Source: an uncultured Verrucomicrobiae bacterium
Lineage (GTDB): Bacteria > Verrucomicrobiota > Verrucomicrobiia > Chthoniobacterales > Xiphinematobacteraceae
Reading direction: 5' to 3'
DNA length: 64,000 nucleotides
Assembly: GCA_963706715.1 (NCBI GenBank)
Contig: CAVPNI010000004.1
Coordinates: forward strand, 256,001-320,000
Shown in pieces: positions 48,555 to 58,378 of the stretch (position 1 is the stretch's first letter; the number at the start of each line of letters is the position of its first letter). Under the pieces are notes generated by a model, which had not been told where the DNA came from, did no database searches, and was given only the letters and a program-made list of their open reading frames with translations. A program made the position numbers and the translations under genes.

Positions 48555-48811
48555 TATAGCATGACCCCTATAAAATGACCATGCCTTGTCGTTCTTTTTG
48601 CCTCGCTTGGCTCCCGCCAAGTCTCGCCCCTGTGAGGGGGCTGTCCGGCAAAGCCGGACAGGCTACCCCAGCCGTTCCCACGGCTCGGTGTTCCCCCAGA
48701 CTTTGTTTCAACAATCCGTCCGTATCTACAGATATGACCAGCTTGTTAAAACAAACTCTGAAGAAAAAATCCCGGACAACTCATGTGTCATTTTATAGGG
48801 GTCATGCTATA
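48555..48811 (-). mobile_element. Family-C MITE
   Basis: Inverted near-identical copy of 21766-22024 with TA flanks. Confidence 0.92.
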
Positions 48812-48846
48812 CAACTCCTAAGACTTGTAGATCAAAAGCGACTTTA

Positions 48847-48942
48847 TTTGTAACTGACGTTACGCACTTTTAGAAGCTCTGGCAGAAAAAAAGCTCATTT
48901 TAACCAACAAGGTTCCCTTTTTTGCGTAACATCACTTTGTAA
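48847..48942 (+). mobile_element. Family-A element with TTTGTAA duplication
   Basis: TTTGTAA at 48847-48853 and 48936-48942. Confidence 0.9.
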
Positions 48943-48952
48943 TTGTGGCTTC

Positions 48953-49199
48953 TATAGCAAGGCCCGTATAAAATGATCATGAATTTGACTGAAATTTTGG
49001 CTCCAGGCAAGACGCAAAAAAGAGGCCATATCTGTAGATACGGACTATTTTTTGCAACAAAGCTTGGAGGCAACACCTGGCCATGGGAACGGCCGGGGTA
49101 GACTTGCCGAAGGCAAGCCCCGAAGGGGCGAGACTCAGCGGGGCTGAGCGAGTCAAAAGGGCGGCAAAGGCGTAATCATTTTATACGGGCTTTGCTATA
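48953..49199 (+). mobile_element. Family-B MITE, long form
   Basis: Near-identical to 5864-6110. Confidence 0.93.
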
Positions 49200-49222
49200 A
49201 AGGAAAGGGACGAAGTCCCCGG

Positions 49223-50332
49223 CTACACTGAAACGCGCATTGGCATGAGAACGTAAAGGAAATTCGAGCCGGTCGGCGTCCGAATCACGCCCGGACTCAT
49301 TTCGTCAATCAGAGCCAGATCAATTTGCTCATCCGGAACGTTGCGTAATGGGTCCAATAAAAATTCGGGATTAAAAGCGATCGAAAAAGGCACACCCTGA
49401 TACGAGATCGGTAAGGATTCTTTTGCCTCTCCAATTTCGGGTGAGATGGCAAGCACCTCCATATTGTTTTTGGAAAAATGGAGCTTCACAGAGCTGCTTT
49501 TGTCAACGCTGAGTAAGGAAACCCGGCGGACGATATTCAGAAGCATCTCTCGCTCCAGTTTGATCTTCTCGCGCGCTTCCCCGGGGATCACTTGACGGTA
49601 ATTCGGATAGTTTCCTTCAACAAGTTTGGAAATGAGCAGGATATTGTCCAAATGAAACGCAACAATATTTTGCGTCACCGAAATGCGTACTTCGCCATCC
49701 CCGTTCAGAAGCCGCTGGAGTTCGATAATCGTCTTGGTTGGTACGATGAATTCCCTCTCTTGGCTGCGAGGCAGCTCAAGTTCGCTCTCGTAAAGAGCGA
49801 GGCGGCGCCCATCGGTAGCGACCAAAGTCAGCTTGTTGTCTTTGAAAGAGAACAAGATTCCGTTGAGCACATATCGTGTTTCATCCATCGAAATGGCGTA
49901 AGATGTGCGTTTGAGGCCGTCACGAAGCTCCGCCTGCTTCACAACAATTTCGCTGGCATCCTTCAATTCAGGCAATTTAGGGAATTCTTCCCTAGGGAGG
50001 CCAAAGATTTTGAAGATACTATTGGAGCAACGAATCGTAGAGACGTCGTTTTTAGGATCTGTTTCGATGGTGACCTCGCTTCCACACAGTTCGCGCGCGA
50101 TAGCAGCAAAACGTCTCACCGGTAAGGTCGTTGAACCCGCCCGTTCTATTTTTAGCGCGGGGATTTGGCATTCAACAGTCGTATCGAAGTCCGTCGTTGT
50201 CAGTCTCAGCCCTCCTTCAACAGTTTCCAGAAGGACGTTGGAAAGAACAGCCAACGTGGGCCGGGAACCGACAACATTTTGTGTGCGTTGCAGCCCTTCC
50301 AAAAGCGCTTCTTTTGTTACAACTAGCTTCAT
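49223..50332 (-). CDS. dnaN: DNA polymerase III beta clamp
   Basis: DETRYVLNG, VATDGRRL, EGNYPNY, YVLMPMR. Confidence 0.97.
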   Translation of the reverse strand: MKLVVTKEALLEGLQRTQNVVGSRPTLAVLSNVLLETVEGGLRLTTTDFDTTVECQIPALKIERAGSTTLPVRRFAAIARELCGSEVTIETDPKNDVSTIRCSNSIFKIFGLPREEFPKLPELKDASEIVVKQAELRDGLKRTSYAISMDETRYVLNGILFSFKDNKLTLVATDGRRLALYESELELPRSQEREFIVPTKTIIELQRLLNGDGEVRISVTQNIVAFHLDNILLISKLVEGNYPNYRQVIPGEAREKIKLEREMLLNIVRRVSLLSVDKSSSVKLHFSKNNMEVLAISPEIGEAKESLPISYQGVPFSIAFNPEFLLDPLRNVPDEQIDLALIDEMSPGVIRTPTGSNFLYVLMPMRVSV

Positions 50333-50451
50333 GGGGAAATAATAGCCTAAGGATCAATCGACATGCCTATGACCCGGAAGTGCTTCTTGTCAAAATTAAA
50401 CTGTCAGATACTTGGGAAAATCTGCTTTTAATACACTTCGAAGGCGCTTTT

Positions 50452-50548
50452 TTACTAAGTGATGTTACGCAAAAAAGAGTCATTTGTTGGTGAGAATGGC
50501 CTTTTTTTGCTCCCAGAGCTTCTAAAAGAACGTAACGTCAGTTACTAA
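50452..50548 (-). mobile_element. Family-A element with TTACTAA duplication between dnaA and dnaN
   Basis: TTACTAA at 50452-50458 and 50542-50548. Confidence 0.9.
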
Positions 50549-50556
50549 AATAGAAG

Positions 50557-51957
50557 CTATCTTTGGAGCTGACTATCAAGGGAGAGGACGATGTGGCGGG
50601 TCTTGTCATCAGTTTCCATCCGTTTTTTTACTAGTTTGATGGCATGAATGACGGTACCATGATCCTTTCCGCCAAACGCATCGCCAATTTCGTTGAGAGA
50701 ACAACTTGTTAATTCTCGGGCAAGATACATGGCTACTTGTCTTGGAAAAGCGATTGCTGCCGGACGCCGTTTGCTGGTCATGTCTGCAATGCGAACATCA
50801 AAATGCTCGGCCACTTTTCGTTGAATTTGATCGATGGTAATTACACGACGAGCCTGTTCTTGAAGAATGTCTCGCAGAAGATTCTCCACAATCTCAACGT
50901 TCATTGGACGCTCACTGAGAGATTTATATCCGGCAACTCGAACTAAGGCTCCTTTCAGACGACGGATGTTATTTCTAATCTTGTCGGCTAAAAATTCAAT
51001 CAACCATGGTTCCAGGATGATGTGCATGAAACTTGCAATGCTTTGGAGAATTGCGACCCGTGTTTCCATGTCAGGCGGCTGCAATTCAGCAGTCATTCCC
51101 CATTCAAAACGTGAGACAAGACGCTGCTCCAATTTTTCAATCTCACTGGCCGGGCGGTCACTCGAAAGCACAACTTGCTTATGGCCATCATGCAAAGTAT
51201 TGAATGTATGGAAAAATTCTTCCTGTGAGCGCTCTTTACCAGCAAGAAAATGGATATCATCAATCATGAGAACATCCGCTTGCCGATACCGCTTGCGGAA
51301 TTTAAAAAGCGTCCCATGCTGAATGGCATCAATAAATTCGTTAGTGAACTGTTCACTCGAAAGATACACCACCTTCGCATTCTTTTTTGTTGTCAGTACC
51401 TGATATCCGATTGCTTGCAGAAGATGAGTTTTCCCAAGTCCGCTGTCTCCGTAAACGAAAAGTGGATTGTAGGTCTTTGCAGGCGACTGTGCCACAGCAA
51501 GTGCGGCTGCATAAGCAAACTGATTGTTTGAACCGACAACAAAGGACTCAAACGTGTAACCGGAATGCATTCCAGTGCCAATGCCGACGCTGATATTTTT
51601 ATCTTTCGCAGCAGGCTTCGAGCATTCCTCAGAAAGTGATGGCGTCTGCGCCGATGGTGGGAACTCGACATTTTCCTCATGATCTTGAAGAGTAAACTGA
51701 ATTTCACGTCCGCCGGGTATAATTTCCTCCACAGCAGTTTTCAGTAAGTTCATGTAGTTGCTTTCAATGAAGAACTGGTGGATGGAGTTGGGAACTCTCA
51801 GACGCAGAATTTTCCCGTCTTCAGAAATCATCCGAATACCGGAGAACCACCGTTCGAAACCGTCAGCACTTACACGGTCCTGAATAAGGGCTAAAATCGC
51901 CCTCCAAATGGATATGGGATCTGAATTCATGTCAGGATGGACAAGAGAGTGATGCAT
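50557..51957 (-). CDS. dnaA: Chromosomal replication initiator
   Basis: YTFESFVVG, NPLFVYGDSGLGKTHLL, QEEFFHTFN, RLVSRFEWG, GKDHGTVIHA. Confidence 0.98.
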   Translation of the reverse strand: MHHSLVHPDMNSDPISIWRAILALIQDRVSADGFERWFSGIRMISEDGKILRLRVPNSIHQFFIESNYMNLLKTAVEEIIPGGREIQFTLQDHEENVEFPPSAQTPSLSEECSKPAAKDKNISVGIGTGMHSGYTFESFVVGSNNQFAYAAALAVAQSPAKTYNPLFVYGDSGLGKTHLLQAIGYQVLTTKKNAKVVYLSSEQFTNEFIDAIQHGTLFKFRKRYRQADVLMIDDIHFLAGKERSQEEFFHTFNTLHDGHKQVVLSSDRPASEIEKLEQRLVSRFEWGMTAELQPPDMETRVAILQSIASFMHIILEPWLIEFLADKIRNNIRRLKGALVRVAGYKSLSERPMNVEIVENLLRDILQEQARRVITIDQIQRKVAEHFDVRIADMTSKRRPAAIAFPRQVAMYLARELTSCSLNEIGDAFGGKDHGTVIHAIKLVKKRMETDDKTRHIVLSLDSQLQR

Positions 51958-52219
51958 GTTGTCCTTCTCTCGTTACTCTCCTATAAGGTTTCGCCTTTCC
52001 GGCGTTTTTTCAAGGGATACTGTTGCGCAGCCTAGATAAGAAACAACTGGATTCGCAATCTTCATAAAAAAGAAAAATAACATTGGTCCGGATCCTCAAT
52101 AAACCCCTAAAAATCGGTATTTGCCCTGAGCTGGGCGATCCGCCTTTCAGAGATTCATTTTGAGGAATATAAAACCAGTCGAGAGATTCATGAATAAAAC
52201 ACGTTGGGGGGGTTACAGT

Positions 52220-52239
52220 TTCTTCACAAGTTATTTACA
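52220..52239 (+). promoter_or_regulatory. Tandem DnaA-box-like pair upstream of dnaA (candidate oriC or autoregulation site)
   Basis: TTCTTCACA (52220-52228) and TTATTTACA (52231-52239), each one mismatch from TTATNCACA. Confidence 0.45.
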
Positions 52240-52395
52240 GCCAGGTATTACCCTGCTGTCGCAAGCAGGCGCTCAGACTAAAATTGAGAGCAATTCTTCT
52301 CAAGGAAAAAATCATGTCAGTATGAAAATAAAAATCTGGCAAAATGACTCAATTTTCTTGACCTAATTTTTTGAGTTTCTCTCGAAGGCAATTGC

Positions 52396-54051
52396 TTATG
52401 TTTCGGTCGTTTTATGTTGTTCCCGAATTTGTTGTGCGGGGGTACGGAACAAAATGGCAACCGCTAACGTAAAAAGACATCCCACAAATACGTAGTATGG
52501 AGACGCAATTTGCGGCCACCAGGCAGGAAGCATCTCGCCGAAATTCCAGGATTGAGCTACCCAACGGCCGTGCAAGAGATCCGGTATGCTGAATGCCGGG
52601 ATATGAATTTTGCACAGGACCAACACCGCACAGATGCCGATCAACATTGCAAAAAAATTTGCGCGATCCCTTCCGCGGTTTTTAGTAATCATTCCCAGCA
52701 GGAACACAGCAAGGAGCGAGCCGTAGGTGTAGCCAAGAATTCCTAAGACAAGTTGAATAATCGTGATATGGGTTTGCAAAACTACATAAGCAGTGAAAGT
52801 AGCCACACCAATCATGAGCAAGCCGAAAACCGCCGTGGCAATCCGCGCAGCGAAGACTTCTTGCTGCGGAGAATCATTGGTCCGAAAATAGGGATTGTAA
52901 AAATCTTTGATAAAAGAAGTGGCAAGTGCATTCAGAGCTGTCGATGTGGAGCCCATCATGGTAGCAAAGACACCCGCAACGATGAGTCCGCGAATTCCGA
53001 CCGGCATATGATTCACAATGTAGTAGGCAAAAACTTCGTTACTCTCCTGCGGCAGGTTGGGATCGGGAAGCACAGTATACCGTACCCAAAGAAAAATACC
53101 GGCGCTTAAAAAGCAAAGCACAATGGGAATGTCCGCAAAGCCACTCATAATGAGTGACAGCCGCGATTTGGTGGAATTTTCCGCAGTCAACATTCGCTGT
53201 ACCATATCCTGATCGGTTCCATGAGTCGCCATAGTCAGAAAAGTGGAGCCCAGGATGGCTGCAAAAATGGTGTAAGGCTGCTCGAGCATTTGAGCAAGTG
53301 CGCTCCCAAAGGGCTTCGTCGCGTCCCATCCCGTGTGAAACATTCCGATCGCCTTCAAACCTTCGGTTTGGTGATGAATAGTTGCCCAGCCACCGGGAAT
53401 ATCTCGTACAAGAGTAAAAAGAGCAAAAATCATTGCGCTCACCATGAGCGACGCCTGAATCAGGTCCGTCCAGACAACCGCTTTAATCCCACCTATTGCA
53501 GTATACAGGGTCGTCAGAAGAGTGATGGCAAGAATACCCCAAAAATACGAAACCCATGTTATCGGTATCTCCGACCAAAGGTAACGCAAAATCACGACAA
53601 AAATCACACCGCCGAGATAAAGCCGGACTCCCATGCCCAACACTCGGGTGATCAAAAAAATAAAACTTGCCGTATTGCGGGTCCAGGGGCCGAACCGGAT
53701 GTCCAGGAATTCATAAATACTTTGGACACGGTAGCGGTAGTAGGGAGCTATAAAGAGAAAAGCTACTATGAACCGTGCAAGGATGGTGCCAATTGCAAGT
53801 TGGGCATAGGCATAGCTGCGAGTTGCGAAGCCTTCTCCCGGTGCTCCCAGAAAAGTAGCCGCACTGACTTCGGCCGCCACGATAGATGCCAATACCGCCC
53901 ACCAAGGAATCGAACGCCCCCCCAAGGCAAAATCTCGAAGCGTCTTGTTATCCCTTCCTGCATAAAGACCGATGCCGATAATAACAACAAAATAGAGCAA
54001 AACGATCAGCGTATCAATTCCCAGACCAGCCCAATGGTTGGAGTCATTCAT
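52396..54051 (-). CDS. Sodium:solute symporter family protein
   Basis: SIVAAEVSAATFLGAPG, GGIKAVVWTDLIQ, DQDMVQRML, TALNALAT. Confidence 0.92.
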   Translation of the reverse strand: MNDSNHWAGLGIDTLIVLLYFVVIIGIGLYAGRDNKTLRDFALGGRSIPWWAVLASIVAAEVSAATFLGAPGEGFATRSYAYAQLAIGTILARFIVAFLFIAPYYRYRVQSIYEFLDIRFGPWTRNTASFIFLITRVLGMGVRLYLGGVIFVVILRYLWSEIPITWVSYFWGILAITLLTTLYTAIGGIKAVVWTDLIQASLMVSAMIFALFTLVRDIPGGWATIHHQTEGLKAIGMFHTGWDATKPFGSALAQMLEQPYTIFAAILGSTFLTMATHGTDQDMVQRMLTAENSTKSRLSLIMSGFADIPIVLCFLSAGIFLWVRYTVLPDPNLPQESNEVFAYYIVNHMPVGIRGLIVAGVFATMMGSTSTALNALATSFIKDFYNPYFRTNDSPQQEVFAARIATAVFGLLMIGVATFTAYVVLQTHITIIQLVLGILGYTYGSLLAVFLLGMITKNRGRDRANFFAMLIGICAVLVLCKIHIPAFSIPDLLHGRWVAQSWNFGEMLPAWWPQIASPYYVFVGCLFTLAVAILFRTPAQQIREQHKTTET

Positions 54052-54207
54052 GTGCAGTGTTTGGTTGCATATAATTGCACATCTGTACAGCGGACAGACG
54101 TTTGCGGAGTGTCATCAAAGTAGCCAAACGTATGCAGAAGCACTATGATTCTTCCTGTCAAGAAGGTGTTACGCTTAAACAAACTCAATGCTGCTTGAAT
54201 CATCGTA

Positions 54208-54371
54208 TATAGCAAAGCCCGTATAAAATGATTACGCCTTTGCCGCCCTTTTGCCTCCAAGCTTTGTTGCAAAAAATAGTCCGTATCTACAGATATGGCC
54301 TCTTTTTTGCGTCTTGCCTGGAGCCAAAATTTCAGTCAAATCCATGATCATTTTATACGGGCCTTGCTATA
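54208..54371 (-). mobile_element. Family-B MITE, short form (164 bp)
   Basis: Same ends as the long form but lacks the 83-bp GC-rich hairpin block. Confidence 0.9.
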
Positions 54372-54502
54372 GATGCATTTCCTCTGCGGTCGGCGCTTCA
54401 AATATTTCAGACCATCTCTCATGCTGCAACTGTATGTAGGCTAAACCGAAGTTCCAGAGTCTTACAGTTTCCGGACAGGCTCTATCTTACCATGCCCCGA
54501 CT

Positions 54503-55077
54503 CTATAAACCTGTCTTGTTCCACGCTTCACGCGACAGGCAGTACAAGACATGCTTCGATAACGGGTGTGTACGCAATAGTAACGGGTGATGAAAGTCCT
54601 TTTTTCCAAACGTTGCATCCCCAGGCAACGCATGATGCGTTGCGAACGATTGTTTCCGACTGCCGTGAACGACACGATTTCATCGAGCCGCAGTTCGTCG
54701 AATCCAAAAATCAATGCCGCCTGCGCAGCCTCGGTCGCATAGCCTTGTCCCCAATATTCATAGGCGAGACGCCAAGCGATCTCAACGCAGGGGGAAAAAG
54801 GTGCGTTCCATTGGGGAATTGCCAAGCCTGTAAAGCCGATGAAGGTTGACGTTGCATGCAGCTCGACTGCCCAGAGGCAAAAACCATGAGTTTCCTGATG
54901 TGCGCTGATGCGATCAGCTAAAGCATCGCTTTCGATATCGTTCAGCGGGGCAGGGAAGTATTCCATCACACGCTGGTCCGCGTTCATTTTCCGAAATGGC
55001 GCTTTGTCCGATTGCTTCCAGAGACGCAGCCGCAAACGCGGTGTCGGATCCGGTACAGGATTGCTCGCGCGCATCAA
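54503..55077 (-). pseudogene. RimJ/RimL-type GNAT acetyltransferase with a frameshift near the C-terminus
   Basis: PRLRLR, VEIAWRL, WGQGYATEAA, NNRSQRIM; tail DFHHPLLLRTHPLSKHVLYCLSR lies in the -1 frame after an A6 run (54600-54605). Confidence 0.75.
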
Positions 55078-55261
55078 AGTTTGTAAGATAGCCCCACTGA
55101 CTATAATGGTCGGGTATATTCTCTACTCATTCCCCCACTCCAATTGACGAGGGACCTACAAAAACCGGATCTTTATATTTACAAATACTTAGCAAGTCTT
55201 CCATAAGGATATTATATACTAATATTAGTTGATCGAATGAAAATCTTTGTACAATGCTTAA

Positions 55262-55900
55262 TTAAGAAACTTCATTTGTCTTCCTAATCAGATTTCGATA
55301 AGTAACGCCTTCGCGATTCCATCCTCCACTTTGCATCGAAGCTTGAGCCGCGGCATCCTTACTAGCTCGGATTGCAACAAGGTCGCCAGGCATAACGGCG
55401 AGTATTCTCTTGTAAATTTCTACTGCTCTTTGCGGTTGTTCTTGTTGAATATAATATTCGGATAACTTATGCATTGCCGGAACGTCTTTCGGATGGCCTT
55501 CCAGCAGAATTTCCAAAGCAAAGGCGGCAGTCTCCGGAAAGTTGCAAGCTGATGCTATCTGATAAAGCAACCAATTGGCATGTCGATTGTAAGGATCATA
55601 CTCCAACAAATTTTCGATTTCCTCGAAAGCCAGAGAGGTTTTTTTCCTACCTTTAATCCAGGCTTTAGTTAAACTTAATAAATAATGGATTTTTTGAAAA
55701 ACATTTGGTCCTCGACATGGCATGGAAATTGCAGCTTGTCGCAAAAGCTGGCGACCCTGAAGAAAATCCGGATGCTCCTTCAATAGTGTTCGCATGAGTT
55801 GGATCGTGTATCCGAGATTGCCCAACTGCAAAGCGCTGACTGCTTTCAACCAAATAGCGCGGTGAAGCGAGGGAAGGTCTTGTTCCTGTTTGATCGCCAT
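55262..55900 (-). CDS. Tetratricopeptide-repeat protein, possibly truncated
   Basis: Helical TPR-like segments (AMHKLSEYYIQQEQPQRAVEIYKRILAVMPGD). Confidence 0.65.
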   Translation of the reverse strand: MAIKQEQDLPSLHRAIWLKAVSALQLGNLGYTIQLMRTLLKEHPDFLQGRQLLRQAAISMPCRGPNVFQKIHYLLSLTKAWIKGRKKTSLAFEEIENLLEYDPYNRHANWLLYQIASACNFPETAAFALEILLEGHPKDVPAMHKLSEYYIQQEQPQRAVEIYKRILAVMPGDLVAIRASKDAAAQASMQSGGWNREGVTYRNLIRKTNEVS

Positions 55901-55920
55901 CTGACAAGTTACACCCAATT

Positions 55921-56059
55921 GCGGACTTCGTCCGCCGACTTCGTTGGTTTTTTTAGAAGCTGCCGATTAAAAAATAGGTCTTTTCGATCTACAAGTTTGT
56001 AGTTCAAGAAAGGCGTCATTTGTAATTACCGGCCTCTAAAAGAAACTGATAAAGTCAGC
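55921..56059. repeat. Family-D palindrome
   Basis: GCGGAC-TTC-GTCCGC and CCGACTTCGTTGG hairpins; centre CTACAAGTTTGTAG; right arm CTAAAAGAAACTGATAAAGTCAG. Confidence 0.82.
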
Positions 56060-56983
56060 GAGGCTGGGACTCAAACTAAATGTACGTATCAAAGTGCCGC
56101 TGGGCTCCAGGGTTTGGATACCGAGTTTTTGATCAAAGGGTACCGGCGGATCAGAATCCGGCAGCCCCCAACAAGGCTCGATAGCGATAAAATCGGAAAG
56201 ATCGCTCCACAAAGTAAAAAAGGGAACTTCCGTGAAGTTCAGATCCAGTCGACGACCGGACTCTCGATCCTCTAAAATAATATGTCGATCGGGTACGCCT
56301 TCCAAGGCCATCAAAAATGAGCCGGGCAATTCCTGCTTGGAAAACGGCATGGCTCCCCCTTCAAAGTCGAACTCTTGAATTTTTCCATTTAAAAAGTTGT
56401 TTGGCGCCATATAGCGACGGTAGTGCCCCGGCGGGAGCAGAACCTCCATCGTATCAATTCGTGAGACAGCAAAGCCGGGATGTAAGCCGAAACTCACATG
56501 CGCCTTCCGGTGCGGTTCCTTATTCTCGAATTGAAAAGTGATACAAAGCTCACCTGGTTTTAAGCGATATTCCAACTGCATCGCAACACGTCGAGGATAT
56601 TGGTCCGGAGGAATCCGATCCGCAGGCACTTCATAGGTGAGAGATCCTAATTTCAGATCTACACGAGGAACCGTAAATAAGAAATTCCGAATAAATCCAT
56701 GGTTCCCTCCACGGACGATTTGATCGCCATATTGAGATTGTTGATTCCAAAGGCGATGGAGATAATAACCCATCACTGTCGCATGGCTCGCCCAACCGGT
56801 GGGAGGCGGTGCCACGAGACCGTCGCGCCAAAGAAAACCCACCCACTGGCCAGCCGATCCACGCCGCGCGATGCTGATCAATTCAGCCCCTAATCGCGAC
56901 ACCACAATCCGTAGCCCGGAGTCGAAATCCTCTAAAATATCCATCTCCCGGCCTTCCTGGACATCTGTTCGATATTGCATCAT
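56036..56983 (-). CDS. Aldose 1-epimerase family protein
   Basis: GAELIS, HGFIR, FGLHPGF, FIAIEP. Confidence 0.82.
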   Translation of the reverse strand: MMQYRTDVQEGREMDILEDFDSGLRIVVSRLGAELISIARRGSAGQWVGFLWRDGLVAPPPTGWASHATVMGYYLHRLWNQQSQYGDQIVRGGNHGFIRNFLFTVPRVDLKLGSLTYEVPADRIPPDQYPRRVAMQLEYRLKPGELCITFQFENKEPHRKAHVSFGLHPGFAVSRIDTMEVLLPPGHYRRYMAPNNFLNGKIQEFDFEGGAMPFSKQELPGSFLMALEGVPDRHIILEDRESGRRLDLNFTEVPFFTLWSDLSDFIAIEPCWGLPDSDPPVPFDQKLGIQTLEPSGTLIRTFSLSPSLADFISFF

Positions 56984-56998
56984 AATTGCTTATATTTT

Positions 56999-57379
56999 GT
57001 GGACCCCATCCAAGATCTGCTGGCAGCCAATAGCCTGCACCGTCAAGACTTCGAAGAAAAAATCGCCCGTGCTTCCGGACCGGGAGGACAACACGTTAAC
57101 AAAGTCTCCGTTGCCGTACGCCTCCGCCACCTTCCCACCGGCCTGACTGTCATTGGCCGCGAATCCCGCTCCCAGCACATGAATCGACTGTACGCCTACA
57201 GGGAACTTATCGCACGAATTAGAGCTCTCCATCAGCAAAACATCCAAAAACAACGGGCACTTGTCTCCAAAAAACGTCGTCAGATGGCTCGCCGGTCGTT
57301 TAAAACTAGGAAAATCATGCGCGAGGCTAAACGCAAGCGTTCTGAAATTAAACGTCACCGCGACAAAATAGTCTTTTAG
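56999..57379 (+). CDS. arfB: Ribosome-rescue peptidyl-tRNA hydrolase (GGQ, RF-1 domain)
   Basis: RASGPGGQHVNK, RSQHMNR, basic C-terminal tail. Confidence 0.85.
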   Translation: MDPIQDLLAANSLHRQDFEEKIARASGPGGQHVNKVSVAVRLRHLPTGLTVIGRESRSQHMNRLYAYRELIARIRALHQQNIQKQRALVSKKRRQMARRSFKTRKIMREAKRKRSEIKRHRDKIVF

Positions 57380-57413
57380 AGAATTTTTGCCCTTTCTACA
57401 TTCCCCCACCACA

Positions 57414-58298
57414 ATGGACATGCTCACCTGTGAACTGCCCGGCATCCACAAAATTGCGAGCGGAAAAGTTCGGGAAATTTTTGATGTGGATAGCGAAACT
57501 CTCCTACTGGTTGCAACCGATCGGATTTCCGCTTTCGACTGTGTTCTCCCCAATCCCATCCCTAACAAGGGAAAAATTCTAACGCAAATCTCCTCGTTTT
57601 GGTTTCAAAAACTAGACTTTGTGCCAAATCACTTTCTGACCTGCTCAGCCCAAAGCTATCCCGAAACTTTGCGTCCTTATGAGAAAATACTGTCAGGCCG
57701 ATCGATGTTGATTAAAAAGGCGGTACCACTTCCTGTGGAATGTATTGCGCGTGGCTATCTTGCTGGTTCCGCTTGGAAAGAATACCAGACTTCCGGAACA
57801 GTTTGCGGACAAAGCGTTCCACCAGATCTGCGACAGTCTGATCGCTTTCCTTCCACGCTTTTTACCCCTACCACAAAAGCGACTTCCGGACATGACCAAA
57901 ATATGAGTTGGAAAGAATGCCGTGCTCTTTTGGGAGAAGAAATTGCCCGTCAAGTACGCGACTGGACCATTGAGCTTTATGAATATGGCCGTGCCTATGC
58001 CGCTACACGAGGAATTCTGATTGCAGATACCAAGTTCGAGTTTGGCCTCATCGATGATCAACTGATTTTAATCGACGAGTGTCTCACTCCGGATTCCTCT
58101 CGTTTTTGGCCCGCTGCCTCTTACCAACCGGGAATCTCGCCTCCAAGCTTTGACAAGCAATTTGTACGGAACTATCTGGAAAGCGTTCCTTGGAATAAAA
58201 TACCGCCAGCTCCTTCGCTTCCGGAGGCCATCGTTGCTAAAACCGCTGAAAAGTACCAGGAGGCTTATACGCGACTGACCTCGCCAGCTTGCTGCTGA
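57414..58298 (+). CDS. purC: SAICAR synthetase
   Basis: GKVREIF, TDRISAFD, ADTKFEFG, DECLTPDSSRFW, SFDKQFVR. Confidence 0.97.
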   Translation: MDMLTCELPGIHKIASGKVREIFDVDSETLLLVATDRISAFDCVLPNPIPNKGKILTQISSFWFQKLDFVPNHFLTCSAQSYPETLRPYEKILSGRSMLIKKAVPLPVECIARGYLAGSAWKEYQTSGTVCGQSVPPDLRQSDRFPSTLFTPTTKATSGHDQNMSWKECRALLGEEIARQVRDWTIELYEYGRAYAATRGILIADTKFEFGLIDDQLILIDECLTPDSSRFWPAASYQPGISPPSFDKQFVRNYLESVPWNKIPPAPSLPEAIVAKTAEKYQEAYTRLTSPACC

Positions 58299-58377
58299 CT
58301 TCTCTATTGAAGCTCAGAATTGCAAATGAAATCTCTTTTGACCTACAAGTTTCTAAAAGAAAGGGAGGAAGTCCCCC
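58283..58377. repeat. Degenerate, internally deleted family-D element between purC and xerD
   Basis: GCCAGCTTGCTG, GAATTGCAAAT, CTACAAG, CTAAAAGAAAGGGAGGAAGTCCC. Confidence 0.65.
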
Positions 58378-58378
58378 C

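Larger units (their letters stand above)
48496..49220. repeat. Family-D palindrome hosting three inserted elements
   Basis: Arms CCAGC-TTC-GCTGG (48497) and GGGAC-GAA-GTCCC (~49207); C, A and B copies inside. Confidence 0.85.

Noticed and set aside
53221..54123. 300-aa plus-strand ORF
   Set aside because: Antisense shadow of the symporter gene.
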